DNA of 47,374 nt from a virus. The translations under genes were made by a program, and so were the position numbers. Numbering within the stretch: position 1 is the stretch's first letter; each line of letters opens with the position of its first letter. The notes under the pieces were generated by a model, which saw only the letters and a list, made by a program, of their open reading frames with translations, did not search any database and had not been told where the DNA came from. The stretch is from positions 1 to 47,374 of IMG/VR virus record IMGVR_UViG_3300032770_000004; one strand, 5' to 3'. Positions 34,111 to 42,778 of this stretch are shown one piece after another.

Positions 34111-34807
34111 GCACTCCGAGGTAGAAGCAAAGTTCGATGTCACTGATCATTTCGACAAACACAACGATATGATCATCAACATCGACGAAAAGCTAAAGGA
34201 ACTAGTCGTGGATGGCGAAACCTATAAGGTGTCTCGCTACCTCGATATGGCCGGTGTCGATTCGTTCTATAGGATCGGCAAGAAGGTCTTCCGCTACCGT
34301 TCTGATGTCATTACTAAGCAGATCGATTACCACGAGCATGGTGGTTCGACCGTCCGTGTCGCTGGTGCAAATGGCAAGGCCGAGTCTGATGGTTTCCAAG
34401 CCAATCAGTTTCTTCTCACTGTGAAGGAACGCAAGACAAAGAAAAGCCTCTTCAACCGAGCAGAGATTGACATTCCGCTGCGCGCTGAACGAGGCGACTT
34501 CGAGGCTTTCATGTCCATGTTGGACGTTGAGCCTTGGTACCAGATCAAGAAGGAGTACAAAATCTGGCAGCTTGAATCCGGAAATGGCATCAAGGTCTGT
34601 GTGGCCGTCTACACCGTGTATCGTCCTGATGGCTCTGATCGAAAACGCTTCCTAGAGGTGGAGATCGAGAAGGATTCCGCATGTAGTCCAAAGCAGGGAA
34701 TGAGCACACTAAGGAAGTGGGTTACCTTCCTGCGTACTACGTTCGGCCTGGATACTCCTTCCAATCAGTCCCTTTCTGAGCTATACTGTCCGAAAGAAAA
34801 GGAATGA
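34103..34807 (+). CDS. CYTH-domain protein (class IV adenylate cyclase/triphosphatase fold)
   Basis: EVEAKF (ExExK), RYR, LTVK, RAEI, FLEVEIE. Confidence 0.78.
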   Translation: MDKHSEVEAKFDVTDHFDKHNDMIINIDEKLKELVVDGETYKVSRYLDMAGVDSFYRIGKKVFRYRSDVITKQIDYHEHGGSTVRVAGANGKAESDGFQANQFLLTVKERKTKKSLFNRAEIDIPLRAERGDFEAFMSMLDVEPWYQIKKEYKIWQLESGNGIKVCVAVYTVYRPDGSDRKRFLEVEIEKDSACSPKQGMSTLRKWVTFLRTTFGLDTPSNQSLSELYCPKEKE

Positions 34808-34810
34808 AAC

Positions 34811-35272
34811 ATGTCTACCGACGAGGAACTTCAACATCTGCGTAGCTACGTTTCGAAGCTGATTGACCGCTACGAGAATTGGATGCCCAAGGACCCAGCT
34901 GTCAGCCCGCTGTATTCAGCTGGTATGATGGAGGCATTCATGGAAGTTGCCAGGGACCTACATCAGTGCATGCCGCAAGAACCGGGATTTCTTTTCTCTC
35001 CTGTGTTCTCTGGTGGAACAGCCGCAGACCCTCTTCCCGACGAGACCGAGGTGAAGGTGATATTGATCTCCTTGCCGACTGAGGGCAAGGAACTCTACGA
35101 GGTGGTCAAGGTCGTTCGGGCAGTCACTCCAATGTCATTGCCTGATGCCATTCAGATGATTCGCAAGGTCGGGAAAGAGCCGGTCGTCGTCAAGGACCAC
35201 ATGATTCGGCGCGATGCTGTCAAAATCAAGGAAGCCTTCAGGAAGGCGGGGGCGACCGTCGAGCTAGTTTGA
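34811..35272 (+). CDS. Protein with C-terminal ribosomal bL12 CTD-like domain
   Basis: VKVIL..VVKVVRAVTPMSLPDA..PVVVK..DAVKIKEAFRKAGATVEL. Confidence 0.78.
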   Translation: MSTDEELQHLRSYVSKLIDRYENWMPKDPAVSPLYSAGMMEAFMEVARDLHQCMPQEPGFLFSPVFSGGTAADPLPDETEVKVILISLPTEGKELYEVVKVVRAVTPMSLPDAIQMIRKVGKEPVVVKDHMIRRDAVKIKEAFRKAGATVELV

Positions 35273-35303
35273 AGACTAGGTAATCTAGGTACTTGGAGGC
35301 CCA

Positions 35304-35735
35304 ATGTACCTCGACCTAGAGCAGTATTTGATGAAACTGAAGGAGTGTTGGTCACTGGAGGCTGATGTCGTGGAAATTGCAAAAGAGACTTTCCCGGACC
35401 TGAAAGCGTTTCAGGATCCTGATGGAACAGTAAAATTTTGCAGCCCGACAGCTACCAAATTCGCTGATCGATTTGATGTCAAACACGACTCAGAAGGTCG
35501 TACATACGTTACTGCATTCATCATTAATGACAAGGTTCAGGTGTACGCTGATCCTCCGATCCTTTGGGTCGGCAGATACAATACCGAAGGATTCGGGGAG
35601 ATTCCAAATGAAGGGTACCAAGAAAAAGTCGAAGAAGCGTGGAGTAAAGACTTCGCCAAAAAAGTCAAGGACTACTTCCTCCAGCATGCTCCAGCTTATT
35701 GGACAACTGAAAAAGATCGTGTCGGCCGGGAATAA
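35304..35735 (+). CDS. Hypothetical protein
   Basis: GGAGG SD; GTAATCT at 35280. Confidence 0.7.
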   Translation: MYLDLEQYLMKLKECWSLEADVVEIAKETFPDLKAFQDPDGTVKFCSPTATKFADRFDVKHDSEGRTYVTAFIINDKVQVYADPPILWVGRYNTEGFGEIPNEGYQEKVEEAWSKDFAKKVKDYFLQHAPAYWTTEKDRVGRE

Positions 35736-35831
35736 GTTGATAGAACTTCACAAGGATCGCAAGACCTTGCTGGAAGAATTCGATCCAGAAGTGCGTTACA
35801 CAGTTATGAAGAAATATGGAGCGGACTACTG

Positions 35832-36167
35832 ATGAACCTGTTCAAACGCAACATCTTCCACAAACCCATCGGCCTTCAGATGCAGTGGGAACTCAAGAAG
35901 CCAGAGAAGCCCGGCCCCAAGGCCACCAAGAAGCAGCTCCGTGAGTACGCCGCCAAGCTGGATAAGTGGCATGAAGGTAAGGCTGAGGCGCTAGAGAAGC
36001 AACGCAATGAGACACGTCGGCAAGAAGCTGATCGCCGTCGCGAAGAGAATGAACGAGCCAATCGCATCGAGTACGAAGCTCCTGGTGTGGGTCGCCGCTG
36101 GGTGAATGATGGCCGTGGTGGCTACTACGAGTATTCCCGTCACGACGAATATGATGGTGGCCGATGA
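35832..36167 (+). CDS. Hypothetical protein
   Basis: ORF track. Confidence 0.6.
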   Translation: MNLFKRNIFHKPIGLQMQWELKKPEKPGPKATKKQLREYAAKLDKWHEGKAEALEKQRNETRRQEADRRREENERANRIEYEAPGVGRRWVNDGRGGYYEYSRHDEYDGGR

Positions 36168-36496
36168 AGGCTGATCGAATTGTTTCTGGCGATGAGTATG
36201 ATCGTCTTCAGACTACCCGCAAGCTTTGGTGGACTGGTTGGCTGTTCGCTGCCGTGATGGCTGTCGTGTCAATTTATGACACCGCGAAGCTTCGAGTTTC
36301 TCAAGGCGAAATGTGCAAGCTCCAGAAGATGGAACAATCCGTTCGAGAAGTACAGGAAGATCAGCAGAAGATTAATGCCTCGTTCGAGAACAATCTTCAA
36401 CGCCAAGAAGCCCTCAGTGATGTGATCATTGAAGCTAGCGAACGAATCAAAGAGCATCAGAAGTTCGTGGATCTCAATCGAGGCATGAAACAGTGA
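36164..36496 (+). CDS. Single-TM coiled-coil protein
   Basis: TM segment followed by coiled coil. Confidence 0.6.
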   Translation: MKADRIVSGDEYDRLQTTRKLWWTGWLFAAVMAVVSIYDTAKLRVSQGEMCKLQKMEQSVREVQEDQQKINASFENNLQRQEALSDVIIEASERIKEHQKFVDLNRGMKQ

Positions 36497-36636
36497 TTCC
36501 TGTTCTGATCGCGCTCGCGCTCCTCGCTCCTGCCATTTTTTGTATCGCATTCATTTGGCTGGGGCTGATGAACTTTTTTGAGTGGGTCATGAAGAAAGTG
36601 AAGTCGAGCACTTGACATACTACACGGATTCACAAT

Positions 36637-36831
36637 ATGGTCTCGTCAATCATGACGATGACAAAGCTCGAAAAGAAGATGTACGACGCTTTGCAGTTAG
36701 CGCTCTGGGAACTGGTAGATTCCAAGAGTAAGAACGCTAAGGTTCTGGACGAAGTCCTGAACGCTTTGGCAGCAGTAGATCATCGCGAAGAAGTGCTGCA
36801 CCTACCATTGCGCGCGAGCGCGAGACCATGA
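36637..36831 (+). CDS. Small hypothetical protein
   Basis: Behind TTGACA at 36612; start uncertain. Confidence 0.5.
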   Translation: MVSSIMTMTKLEKKMYDALQLALWELVDSKSKNAKVLDEVLNALAAVDHREEVLHLPLRASARP

Positions 36832-36908
36832 TATGGACCTATCGATGGCCAAAGTGGTCGAGATTTTGAATTCACCAGTTTTTAACAATAACCTTAGGAG
36901 AAAAGAAA

Positions 36909-38573
36909 ATGGCAACTGTAGTTTTGACAATTGGACAACTGAAGAACGCGATCACGGAGTCTGGCCTCAAGCCTGCTCCCGATACGCGAGTGTTTGAAGA
37001 TGGCGGCACCGACAAGAACGGGAAGCCGATTCGTACTCCCGTTGGCCACTATTGGCCGTATAACGGCGTTCGTGAGGACTACATCGACGGTACTCGTTAC
37101 AGTGACCAACAGGGCATTCAGATAGATCTCGACAAGCTTGACCGCCGAATCACGGTGCTCATTGCCAAGGACAAGTCTGTTGCTCCGCGAAGTCGTATCG
37201 TCATTCGCAAGTTTCTGGGCATTTTCGAAGAGGTTCAGCTCGACAAACTGCTCGTGAATCCGAGCGAATTCGCTGAGGCACTTCTCACTCTTCCTGAAAT
37301 CGAAGGATTCAATGCAGAGGTGAATTTCCTCGGTCACTGGTATCCGTTGGCGATGTCTTTCGACACCTTCGATACCATGATGGGACCGATTAACTTCTGC
37401 AATGGTGAGTTGGTCATCGATTCTGGATTCTCGGACTACCGCTACTTCAGCGTTGGTACCTCCACCTTCACGGAAGATGGCGTCCCTTGTCCAAAGACTC
37501 TTCGTCAGATCTTCACGGAAAACAATCTACGTACGATCACGAAGGAAACGATCGCTGATTACCACAAGCGCCTGGAGCGTGCGGCTGCCTTCCGAACCCA
37601 CAAGGGTACACAGGTTCTCTTTACGGGCCCCAGCGTGGGCGTCAGCATCTTCGGTTCTCCGCGTATGGTTCTCACTGGTTCTCCTGAAGCGCCTACTAAG
37701 GGCGTCGTCGAGTCAGAATTGGAGAACTCCACTCGCGAGAAGACCCGCTACACCATTCAGCAGGAAGCTACGGTCGCCCAAATGCCTTTCGTCCGTGTCT
37801 TCAGTCTCCAGCTGAAGCGCTACGTGTGGACCGATGTCGACGACCTGAAGATGTACGACTATGATCAGACGGCCATTGACCGCCTGACTCTTCCAGACAA
37901 CATCAACAGCGTGATTCGCAAGGTGTTCGAATCGAGCAATAACGTGCTCGGCGGTGACGTTCTCTCCAACCGCCATGGCGGCATGATCATCTTGGCCAAC
38001 GGTGGCCCAGGCGTCGGCAAGACCCTGACTGCCGAGGTGTTCGCTGAGTTCACCAAGCGCCCCCTCTACGTGATGGAGATCGGTGAAATCGGTACCGACA
38101 TCAACGAGTTGGAGGACAACCTCACGAAGATTTTCGAACGTGTGCAGAAGTGGAACGCCGTACTCCTCTTCGACGAAGCGGACATCTTCCTCCACAAGCG
38201 TGGTGACAATCTCCAGCACAATGCTGTGGTCGGCATCTTCCTGCGTCTCATGGACTACTACCGTGGCTTGCTGTTCATGACCACGAACCGTGGTGACGCA
38301 ATCGATCTCGCCTTCCAGAGTCGAATCACTCTGCGCCTGGAGTATCCGAACCTGGACCTACACGCCCGCAAGAGTGTCTGGACCACGATGTTCAAGCAGA
38401 ACAAGCTCGAAGTGGAAGACACGCTGCCGACCCTCCTGGCCGAAAAGTACTCGACCATCAACGGTCGTCAGATTCGCAATGCCGTCCGCTTGATGAAGGT
38501 TCTGTATCCCAACGGCAACTTCACCATCGCTCAGGCCTCCGAGGCGATTGACTTCACTCCTGGACTGGCGTAA
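36909..38573 (+). CDS. AAA+ ATPase
   Basis: GGPGVGKT, LLFDEAD, MTTNR, DLAFQSRI, NGRQIRN. Confidence 0.9.
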   Translation: MATVVLTIGQLKNAITESGLKPAPDTRVFEDGGTDKNGKPIRTPVGHYWPYNGVREDYIDGTRYSDQQGIQIDLDKLDRRITVLIAKDKSVAPRSRIVIRKFLGIFEEVQLDKLLVNPSEFAEALLTLPEIEGFNAEVNFLGHWYPLAMSFDTFDTMMGPINFCNGELVIDSGFSDYRYFSVGTSTFTEDGVPCPKTLRQIFTENNLRTITKETIADYHKRLERAAAFRTHKGTQVLFTGPSVGVSIFGSPRMVLTGSPEAPTKGVVESELENSTREKTRYTIQQEATVAQMPFVRVFSLQLKRYVWTDVDDLKMYDYDQTAIDRLTLPDNINSVIRKVFESSNNVLGGDVLSNRHGGMIILANGGPGVGKTLTAEVFAEFTKRPLYVMEIGEIGTDINELEDNLTKIFERVQKWNAVLLFDEADIFLHKRGDNLQHNAVVGIFLRLMDYYRGLLFMTTNRGDAIDLAFQSRITLRLEYPNLDLHARKSVWTTMFKQNKLEVEDTLPTLLAEKYSTINGRQIRNAVRLMKVLYPNGNFTIAQASEAIDFTPGLA

Positions 38574-38789
38574 ATGAAGTCTCTGAAGACAATGATGGAT
38601 GTTTAAGGTTACTAAGCTCGGTTTTTGGCGAAGGCGACGAGGCGATGAAGAAAGGCGTTAGCAGTAAGATCCCACATCGATGGTTTCGACCTAAGCGAGC
38701 CAGTTGGTTGCAATACTGCTGGCGTTGTGGTCTAGTCGCACTGAAGAACGAAGCAACACAAAAAGCAATCAAAGAAGGGTGCTTCAAAG

Positions 38790-39137
38790 ATGAAGACGAA
38801 TGAAAATGATACGACACTTTGGGCTACGTACAAGAAACACGCTCCTGGTTTCCTTCTTGGTTGCATGATCGGCATGTGCTGGTTGGGTGCGACTCAAGGC
38901 CGAGCATACTTTCTTACCCCTCTATTGCTGGCTGGCTTGGTATTCATTGACTGGCTACTGGTCACCGGTTTCACTAAGCGCGCTCTCCGTAGGGAAGCCA
39001 AAGAGGTCGATACGACTTCTTCTCGCTCGACAGCCCAGTACGTTCTCCTTAGAGCTTGTGACAAACACGAGCGTTGCATGCGAGATTCCTGCAAGACCTT
39101 GACTGCGCACTGTGAACATTGTGGACACCCGCTCTAA
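38790..39137 (+). CDS. Membrane protein with Cys-rich tail
   Basis: Two TM segments; CDKH..CEHCG. Confidence 0.6.
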   Translation: MKTNENDTTLWATYKKHAPGFLLGCMIGMCWLGATQGRAYFLTPLLLAGLVFIDWLLVTGFTKRALRREAKEVDTTSSRSTAQYVLLRACDKHERCMRDSCKTLTAHCEHCGHPL

Positions 39138-39156
39138 GAGCTGCTATAATGACACT

Positions 39157-39708
39157 ATGACTACTTGGTTTACCAGTGACCCGCATTACGGGCACAAGAA
39201 CATTCTGAAGCTTTGCAATCGCCCTTTTGCTTCTATCGAAGAAATGAACGAGCGCCTGATCGCCAATTACAACTATCTGGTCCACTCTGGTGATAATGTT
39301 TACATTCTGGGTGACTTTAGTTTTGGGGATGCTGCTTTCACGAATTCTGTTCTTTCTCGGCTGAATGGAAACAAGCACCTGATCTTCGGCAACCACGACC
39401 ACGTATTTTTCAAGGACAAGAGTCTTCTGAGTCACTTCGTTTGGGCCAGAGACATGTCCGAGATCAAGGTCCAGGACCAGAGGATCGTCCTTTGTCATTA
39501 CTCGATGCGAGTCTGGAACAAGAGTCATTTTGGCTCTTACCAGCTCTACGGCCATTCCCACGGTACTCTGCCCGACGATCCGAACCTGTTGTCAATGGAT
39601 GTTGGGGTTGATCCTTGTCACTACAAGCCGATCAGCTTCGATGAGGTACGTGCTCACATGGACAAGAAGACCTTCAAGCCGATCGACCATCATGGAGAGA
39701 AGAAATGA
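39157..39708 (+). CDS. Calcineurin-like metallophosphoesterase
   Basis: TSDPH, LGDF, GNHD, LCHY, GHSH; TGGACA-17-TATAAT directly upstream of ATG 39157. Confidence 0.88.
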   Translation: MTTWFTSDPHYGHKNILKLCNRPFASIEEMNERLIANYNYLVHSGDNVYILGDFSFGDAAFTNSVLSRLNGNKHLIFGNHDHVFFKDKSLLSHFVWARDMSEIKVQDQRIVLCHYSMRVWNKSHFGSYQLYGHSHGTLPDDPNLLSMDVGVDPCHYKPISFDEVRAHMDKKTFKPIDHHGEKK

Positions 39709-39962
39709 AGAATCCGGTACGCGCATATGCAAGCTGGCTTGAGAAAATGGCGCTCAGTGATGACTTTCTCGATTACGCAGCTGGTGGATTCTCTTTTATG
39801 GGAATCGTCTTCTTGTTCGTCGTGATCGTTTTCGCGATCGGCGCAGCACTTGTGGCTCCCGGGCCCTGTGTGGATTGGAAGCAGGAACGCTGCCTCGATG
39901 CTAGCGGAGCTATCCACGACTGCCGGGGAGCCTGTCTTAGGCATCAAGGCGAGGCTCCTTGA
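39705..39962 (+). CDS. Small membrane protein
   Basis: TM segment and Cys-rich C-terminus. Confidence 0.6.
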   Translation: MKNPVRAYASWLEKMALSDDFLDYAAGGFSFMGIVFLFVVIVFAIGAALVAPGPCVDWKQERCLDASGAIHDCRGACLRHQGEAP

Positions 39963-39993
39963 CATCGTTCGCGGCTGTGGTAATCTAACGATC

Positions 39994-40065
39994 AGCGGCT
40001 TGGCAGAATAGTTATGCAGCAGCCTCTGAAGCTGCCTTAAGTTGGTGCAAGTCCAACAGCCGCTG
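39994..40065 (+). tRNA. tRNA-Gln(CTG)
   Basis: GCAGC-ctCTGaa-GCTGC. Confidence 0.85.
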
Positions 40066-40066
40066 C

Positions 40067-40246
40067 TTGACAACCCACCTGGGGAGTCATATAGTAGGAA
40101 CAATCATGTTGACTTTGAAATCACATAGTTTCAGTTCGACGACGGGCTTTTCGAGCCTGGATAGTTTTTATTGCCTTGATCTCGCGTAAGCGAGGATCGG
40201 CATACGGCCTAGGCACCCGTGGTGCCGATCCATTGAAAATTGAATA
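40067..40246 (+). promoter_or_regulatory. Promoter TTGACA-17-TATAGT, Ser-rich leader ORF (40106-40189), hairpin and boxA-like element
   Basis: MLTLKSHSFSSTTGFSSLDSFYCLDLA*; GGATCGGCA...TGCCGATCC; CATTGAAAATTGAATA. Confidence 0.55.
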
Positions 40247-40247
40247 A

Positions 40248-40331
40248 GCGGCATTGGCAGAGCAGCAATTGCGATGCGCTGTAAACGCATTGGCCTTTGG
40301 GCCTACGGAGGTGCAAGTCCTTCATGCCGCA
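40248..40331 (+). tRNA. tRNA-Tyr(GTA)
   Basis: ATGCG-ctGTAaa-CGCAT; long V arm. Confidence 0.88.
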
Positions 40332-40334
40332 CAT

Positions 40335-40409
40335 GTCCAAGTGAAGGGAACTGGTATACCTGTACGATTGAGAATCGGACGCTTGTGGGTTCGAATCCCA
40401 CCTAGGACA
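40335..40409 (+). tRNA. tRNA-Leu(GAG), short variable loop
   Basis: ttGAGaa. Confidence 0.78.
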
Positions 40410-40425
40410 CTAAAAATTGAATATT

Positions 40426-40498
40426 GGAGCTTTAGCAAATCTGGTGATTGCACTGGTCTGAAAAGCCGAGAAGGTCGGATCGTAACCGACAGGCTCCA
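40426..40498 (+). tRNA. tRNA-Phe(GAA)
   Basis: ctGAAaa. Confidence 0.78.
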
Positions 40499-40568
40499 CA
40501 AGGCAGTCCTATCGGAGTGTTGGGATAGGACAACGCCCTCCCGAGGCGGGTAGTGGAGGGCAACATAT

Positions 40569-40652
40569 GGTGGTCATGATGTAGTGGAGCCGCAAGGCGT
40601 AGCATGACAGGCTGTGACCCTGTTCGGCTGGGTTCAAATCCCAGTGATCACC
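40569..40652 (+). tRNA. tRNA-His(GTG) with encoded G-1 and D-loop hairpin insertion
   Basis: ACAGG-ctGTGac-CCTGT; GCC-gcaa-GGC in D loop. Confidence 0.8.
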
Positions 40653-40688
40653 CTGTAGTAGTCTTTGACAATTGAATAGCAGTTATTT

Positions 40689-40762
40689 GCCGATGTAGCC
40701 CAAAGGTACGAGGCGCTGCGCTCAGAACGCAGAGGTTGCGAGTTCGAATCTCGCCATCGGTA
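40689..40762 (+). tRNA. tRNA-Leu(CAG), short variable loop
   Basis: CTGCG-ctCAGaa-CGCAG. Confidence 0.82.
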
Positions 40763-40764
40763 TG

Positions 40765-41050
40765 AAGTAGGTGCGACGATCGCTAGGACTGTATGTCTAG
40801 AGGAAAGTCGGGGCTCCGTAAGACACGATACCGGTTAACGGCCGGGTGGCAGTAATGTTACGCAACCTGCAACAGTGACGAACCGATTTAGTTCGGGTGA
40901 AACGGGCAGACTATCGGGAGCAAGCTCGAAACGGGATGGTCCGTCTGGCCATAATCCCAGGTTGAGTGCTTGAGGGATGTGGTAACATATCTCCTAGACG
41001 AATGATCGTCCCTCGCAAGAGGAACAGAACCCCGCTTATGGCCTACTACT
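40765..41050 (+). ncRNA. rnpB: RNase P RNA
   Basis: GAGGAAAGTCGGGCT (CR-I), GCAACAG, GTGAAACGG, CCTAGACGAATGATC, ACAGAACCCCGCTTAT (CR-V); terminal P1 pairing. Confidence 0.92.
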
Positions 41051-41053
41051 TTT

Positions 41054-41506
41054 ATGAAGTGTGAAACTTGTACGAATGAGATTGCTAGATACTCCACGAC
41101 AGGGCTGTGCAAGAGGTGTTATGGCCGTAAGTGGTGGAAAGAAAAGGCAAAAAATCCGGAAGTTCTTCGAAACCGAAGAGAACAACAAAAGCGGCCATTG
41201 CCTCGTTTTCAGCATGCCAAACGATCCGCTGCACACAGAAGAATAGATTGGAATTTGACGTTTGAGGAATGGGTCGAGATCAGTAGTCGTCCGTGTCACT
41301 ACTGCAACAACGAGATGGGGAAGACTGAGGGATATGGTGTCAATTTGGATCGTATCGATTGCTCAAAGGGATATTCTAAAGACAATGTGATTCCGTGTTG
41401 TGGGATTTGCAACAAGATTCGTAACAATTTTTGGACGGTGGACGAAATGAAGGTTGCCGTCAAGGCAGTTCTGGAGTATCGTCGTAAAGTTAGTTTGGAG
41501 GCTTAG
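41054..41506 (+). CDS. HNH endonuclease
   Basis: PCHYC..LDRID..KGYSKDNVIPCCGICN. Confidence 0.85.
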   Translation: MKCETCTNEIARYSTTGLCKRCYGRKWWKEKAKNPEVLRNRREQQKRPLPRFQHAKRSAAHRRIDWNLTFEEWVEISSRPCHYCNNEMGKTEGYGVNLDRIDCSKGYSKDNVIPCCGICNKIRNNFWTVDEMKVAVKAVLEYRRKVSLEA

Positions 41507-41570
41507 CAAATCTGGTGATTGCAGTGGGCTTTTACCCCACCGAGACAGGTTCGATTCCATGTAGCCTTCA
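41497..41570 (+). tRNA. tRNA-Lys(TTT)
   Basis: GTGGG-ctTTTac-CCCAC; overlaps HNH stop codon. Confidence 0.78.
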
Positions 41571-41629
41571 CTTCATGAATGGGAATGCGGGGCACTCCTG
41601 AGGATACGATCTTCGAAACCCTAGCGTAT

Positions 41630-41702
41630 GTGCGAGTGGTGAAACGGTAAACACAGGGGCCTTAAAATCCCCGGATTGTGGGTTCGAATCCCACCTTGCA
41701 TA
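41630..41702 (+). tRNA. tRNA-Leu(TAA), short variable loop
   Basis: ctTAAaa. Confidence 0.82.
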
Positions 41703-41705
41703 CAT

Positions 41706-41778
41706 CCCATCTAAGAATGCTGGTGCGTTCAGCTGCCTGTCACGCAGAGAGAGGTCGGTTCGATTCCGTCAGGTGGGG
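41706..41778 (+). tRNA. tRNA-Asp(GTC)
   Basis: ctGTCac; G73. Confidence 0.75.
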
Positions 41779-41809
41779 CTTTGAGGTATAATCGAGGTAT
41801 AATCAAGGC

Positions 41810-41995
41810 ATGGAGGAAGACCAATTGACATTTCATGCAAGAGGACATTGCTGGTTTGGTTGGGTAAGACACTTCACTGCTGTCTGTCCAGCTGACAGAG
41901 AACCTGATTTGGATTTGTGTTGCGGACTGTGCCAATCAGGCTTTAACGGATGCGGCCCATGGCACTGGAGGGCCAAGAATGAAAGTAGATTCTAA
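41810..41995 (+). CDS. Small Cys-rich hypothetical protein
   Basis: TATAAT 6 nt upstream of ATG. Confidence 0.5.
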   Translation: MEEDQLTFHARGHCWFGWVRHFTAVCPADREPDLDLCCGLCQSGFNGCGPWHWRAKNESRF

Positions 41996-42083
41996 TGGCG
42001 TGAGACAGATCGCGAACTTTAAGACCAAGCACGGCAAGAGTGTTAATGTGCAACTTAAAGTCAACAAGGGAGATGGTCAGATA

Positions 42084-42125
42084 CAGCTTATGGCGAATAC
42101 CAGTCAGCTTATGGCGAATACCAGT
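42084..42125 (+). repeat. 21-bp direct tandem repeat
   Basis: CAGCTTATGGCGAATACCAGT x2. Confidence 0.9.
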
Positions 42126-42233
42126 ATGGCGGCCCTAATTTTGGTTGGGTTCAGGATCTGACAAAGACCTGTTGCGACAAGATGAATTTCGAATTGAAAA
42201 CTGAAGTAGTAACAAGGAAGTACAAGTAACTCT

Positions 42234-42318
42234 GGAGAGTAAACTGGAGAGGATCCAGAACAGCCTGCTAAGCTGATTGCACTCGCAAGGGTGCGAGTTT
42301 CGAGTACTCTGCTCTCCG
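42234..42318 (+). tRNA. tRNA-Ser(GCT), 8/4 fold
   Basis: GGAGAGTA/TGCTCTCC; T stem GAGT/ACTC. Confidence 0.82.
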
Positions 42319-42324
42319 CATTTT

Positions 42325-42409
42325 GGAAGGAAAGATGGCGCTAGATGCCATACCGAGCTTGAACCTCGGGTGCCACGTAAGTGGTCGGGGGCAGATCCTA
42401 TTCCTTCCG
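42325..42409 (+). tRNA. tRNA-Ser(TGA), 8-bp acceptor
   Basis: GGAAGGAA/TTCCTTCC; CCGAG-ctTGAac-CTCGG. Confidence 0.75.
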
Positions 42410-42412
42410 CTT

Positions 42413-42497
42413 GGAGTGAAAGACAGGGATAGTTCCTGTACTCGGCTCGAAACCGATGGTCCTCTTTATGGGGCGCGTGCAACTCGTATTCGCTCCG
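42413..42497 (+). tRNA. tRNA-Ser(CGA), 8-bp acceptor
   Basis: GGAGTGAA/TTCGCTCC; ctCGAaa. Confidence 0.75.
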
Positions 42498-42508
42498 CTT
42501 TATGTAAA

Positions 42509-42597
42509 CGCCATCAGCGCAGGGTGCGCAGGGAGCATTTATACAGCTCTTTCTCCGGACTGGAGACCAAGGCAGGGTTCGATCCCCTGGGTGGCGA
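42509..42597 (+). tRNA. tRNA-Ile(TAT)-like with long variable region
   Basis: CGCCATC/GGTGGCG-A; ttTATac loop; TCTCC..GGAGA variable hairpin. Confidence 0.6.
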
Positions 42598-42778
42598 CTG
42601 ATAAATGCCAGAGACTGAATCTCCTTAACTGGAACGGTGTCCAAAGACCGGTGGCCCGGAAGGGTCCGGCAGCCGGGTAAAATGGCGAGCAGAATTGACT
42701 GCTTGGCTATATCATGGTGTAGGGCTACCAGATGTCGATCGGACGATCGAGGTCTCTTTATATAAACGCCCTGTGTAT

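Noticed and set aside
42650-42680. SRP (4.5S) RNA call
   Set aside because: The 5' CAGG side of the symmetric loop and the long flanking helix are missing; kept only as an unassigned ncRNA candidate
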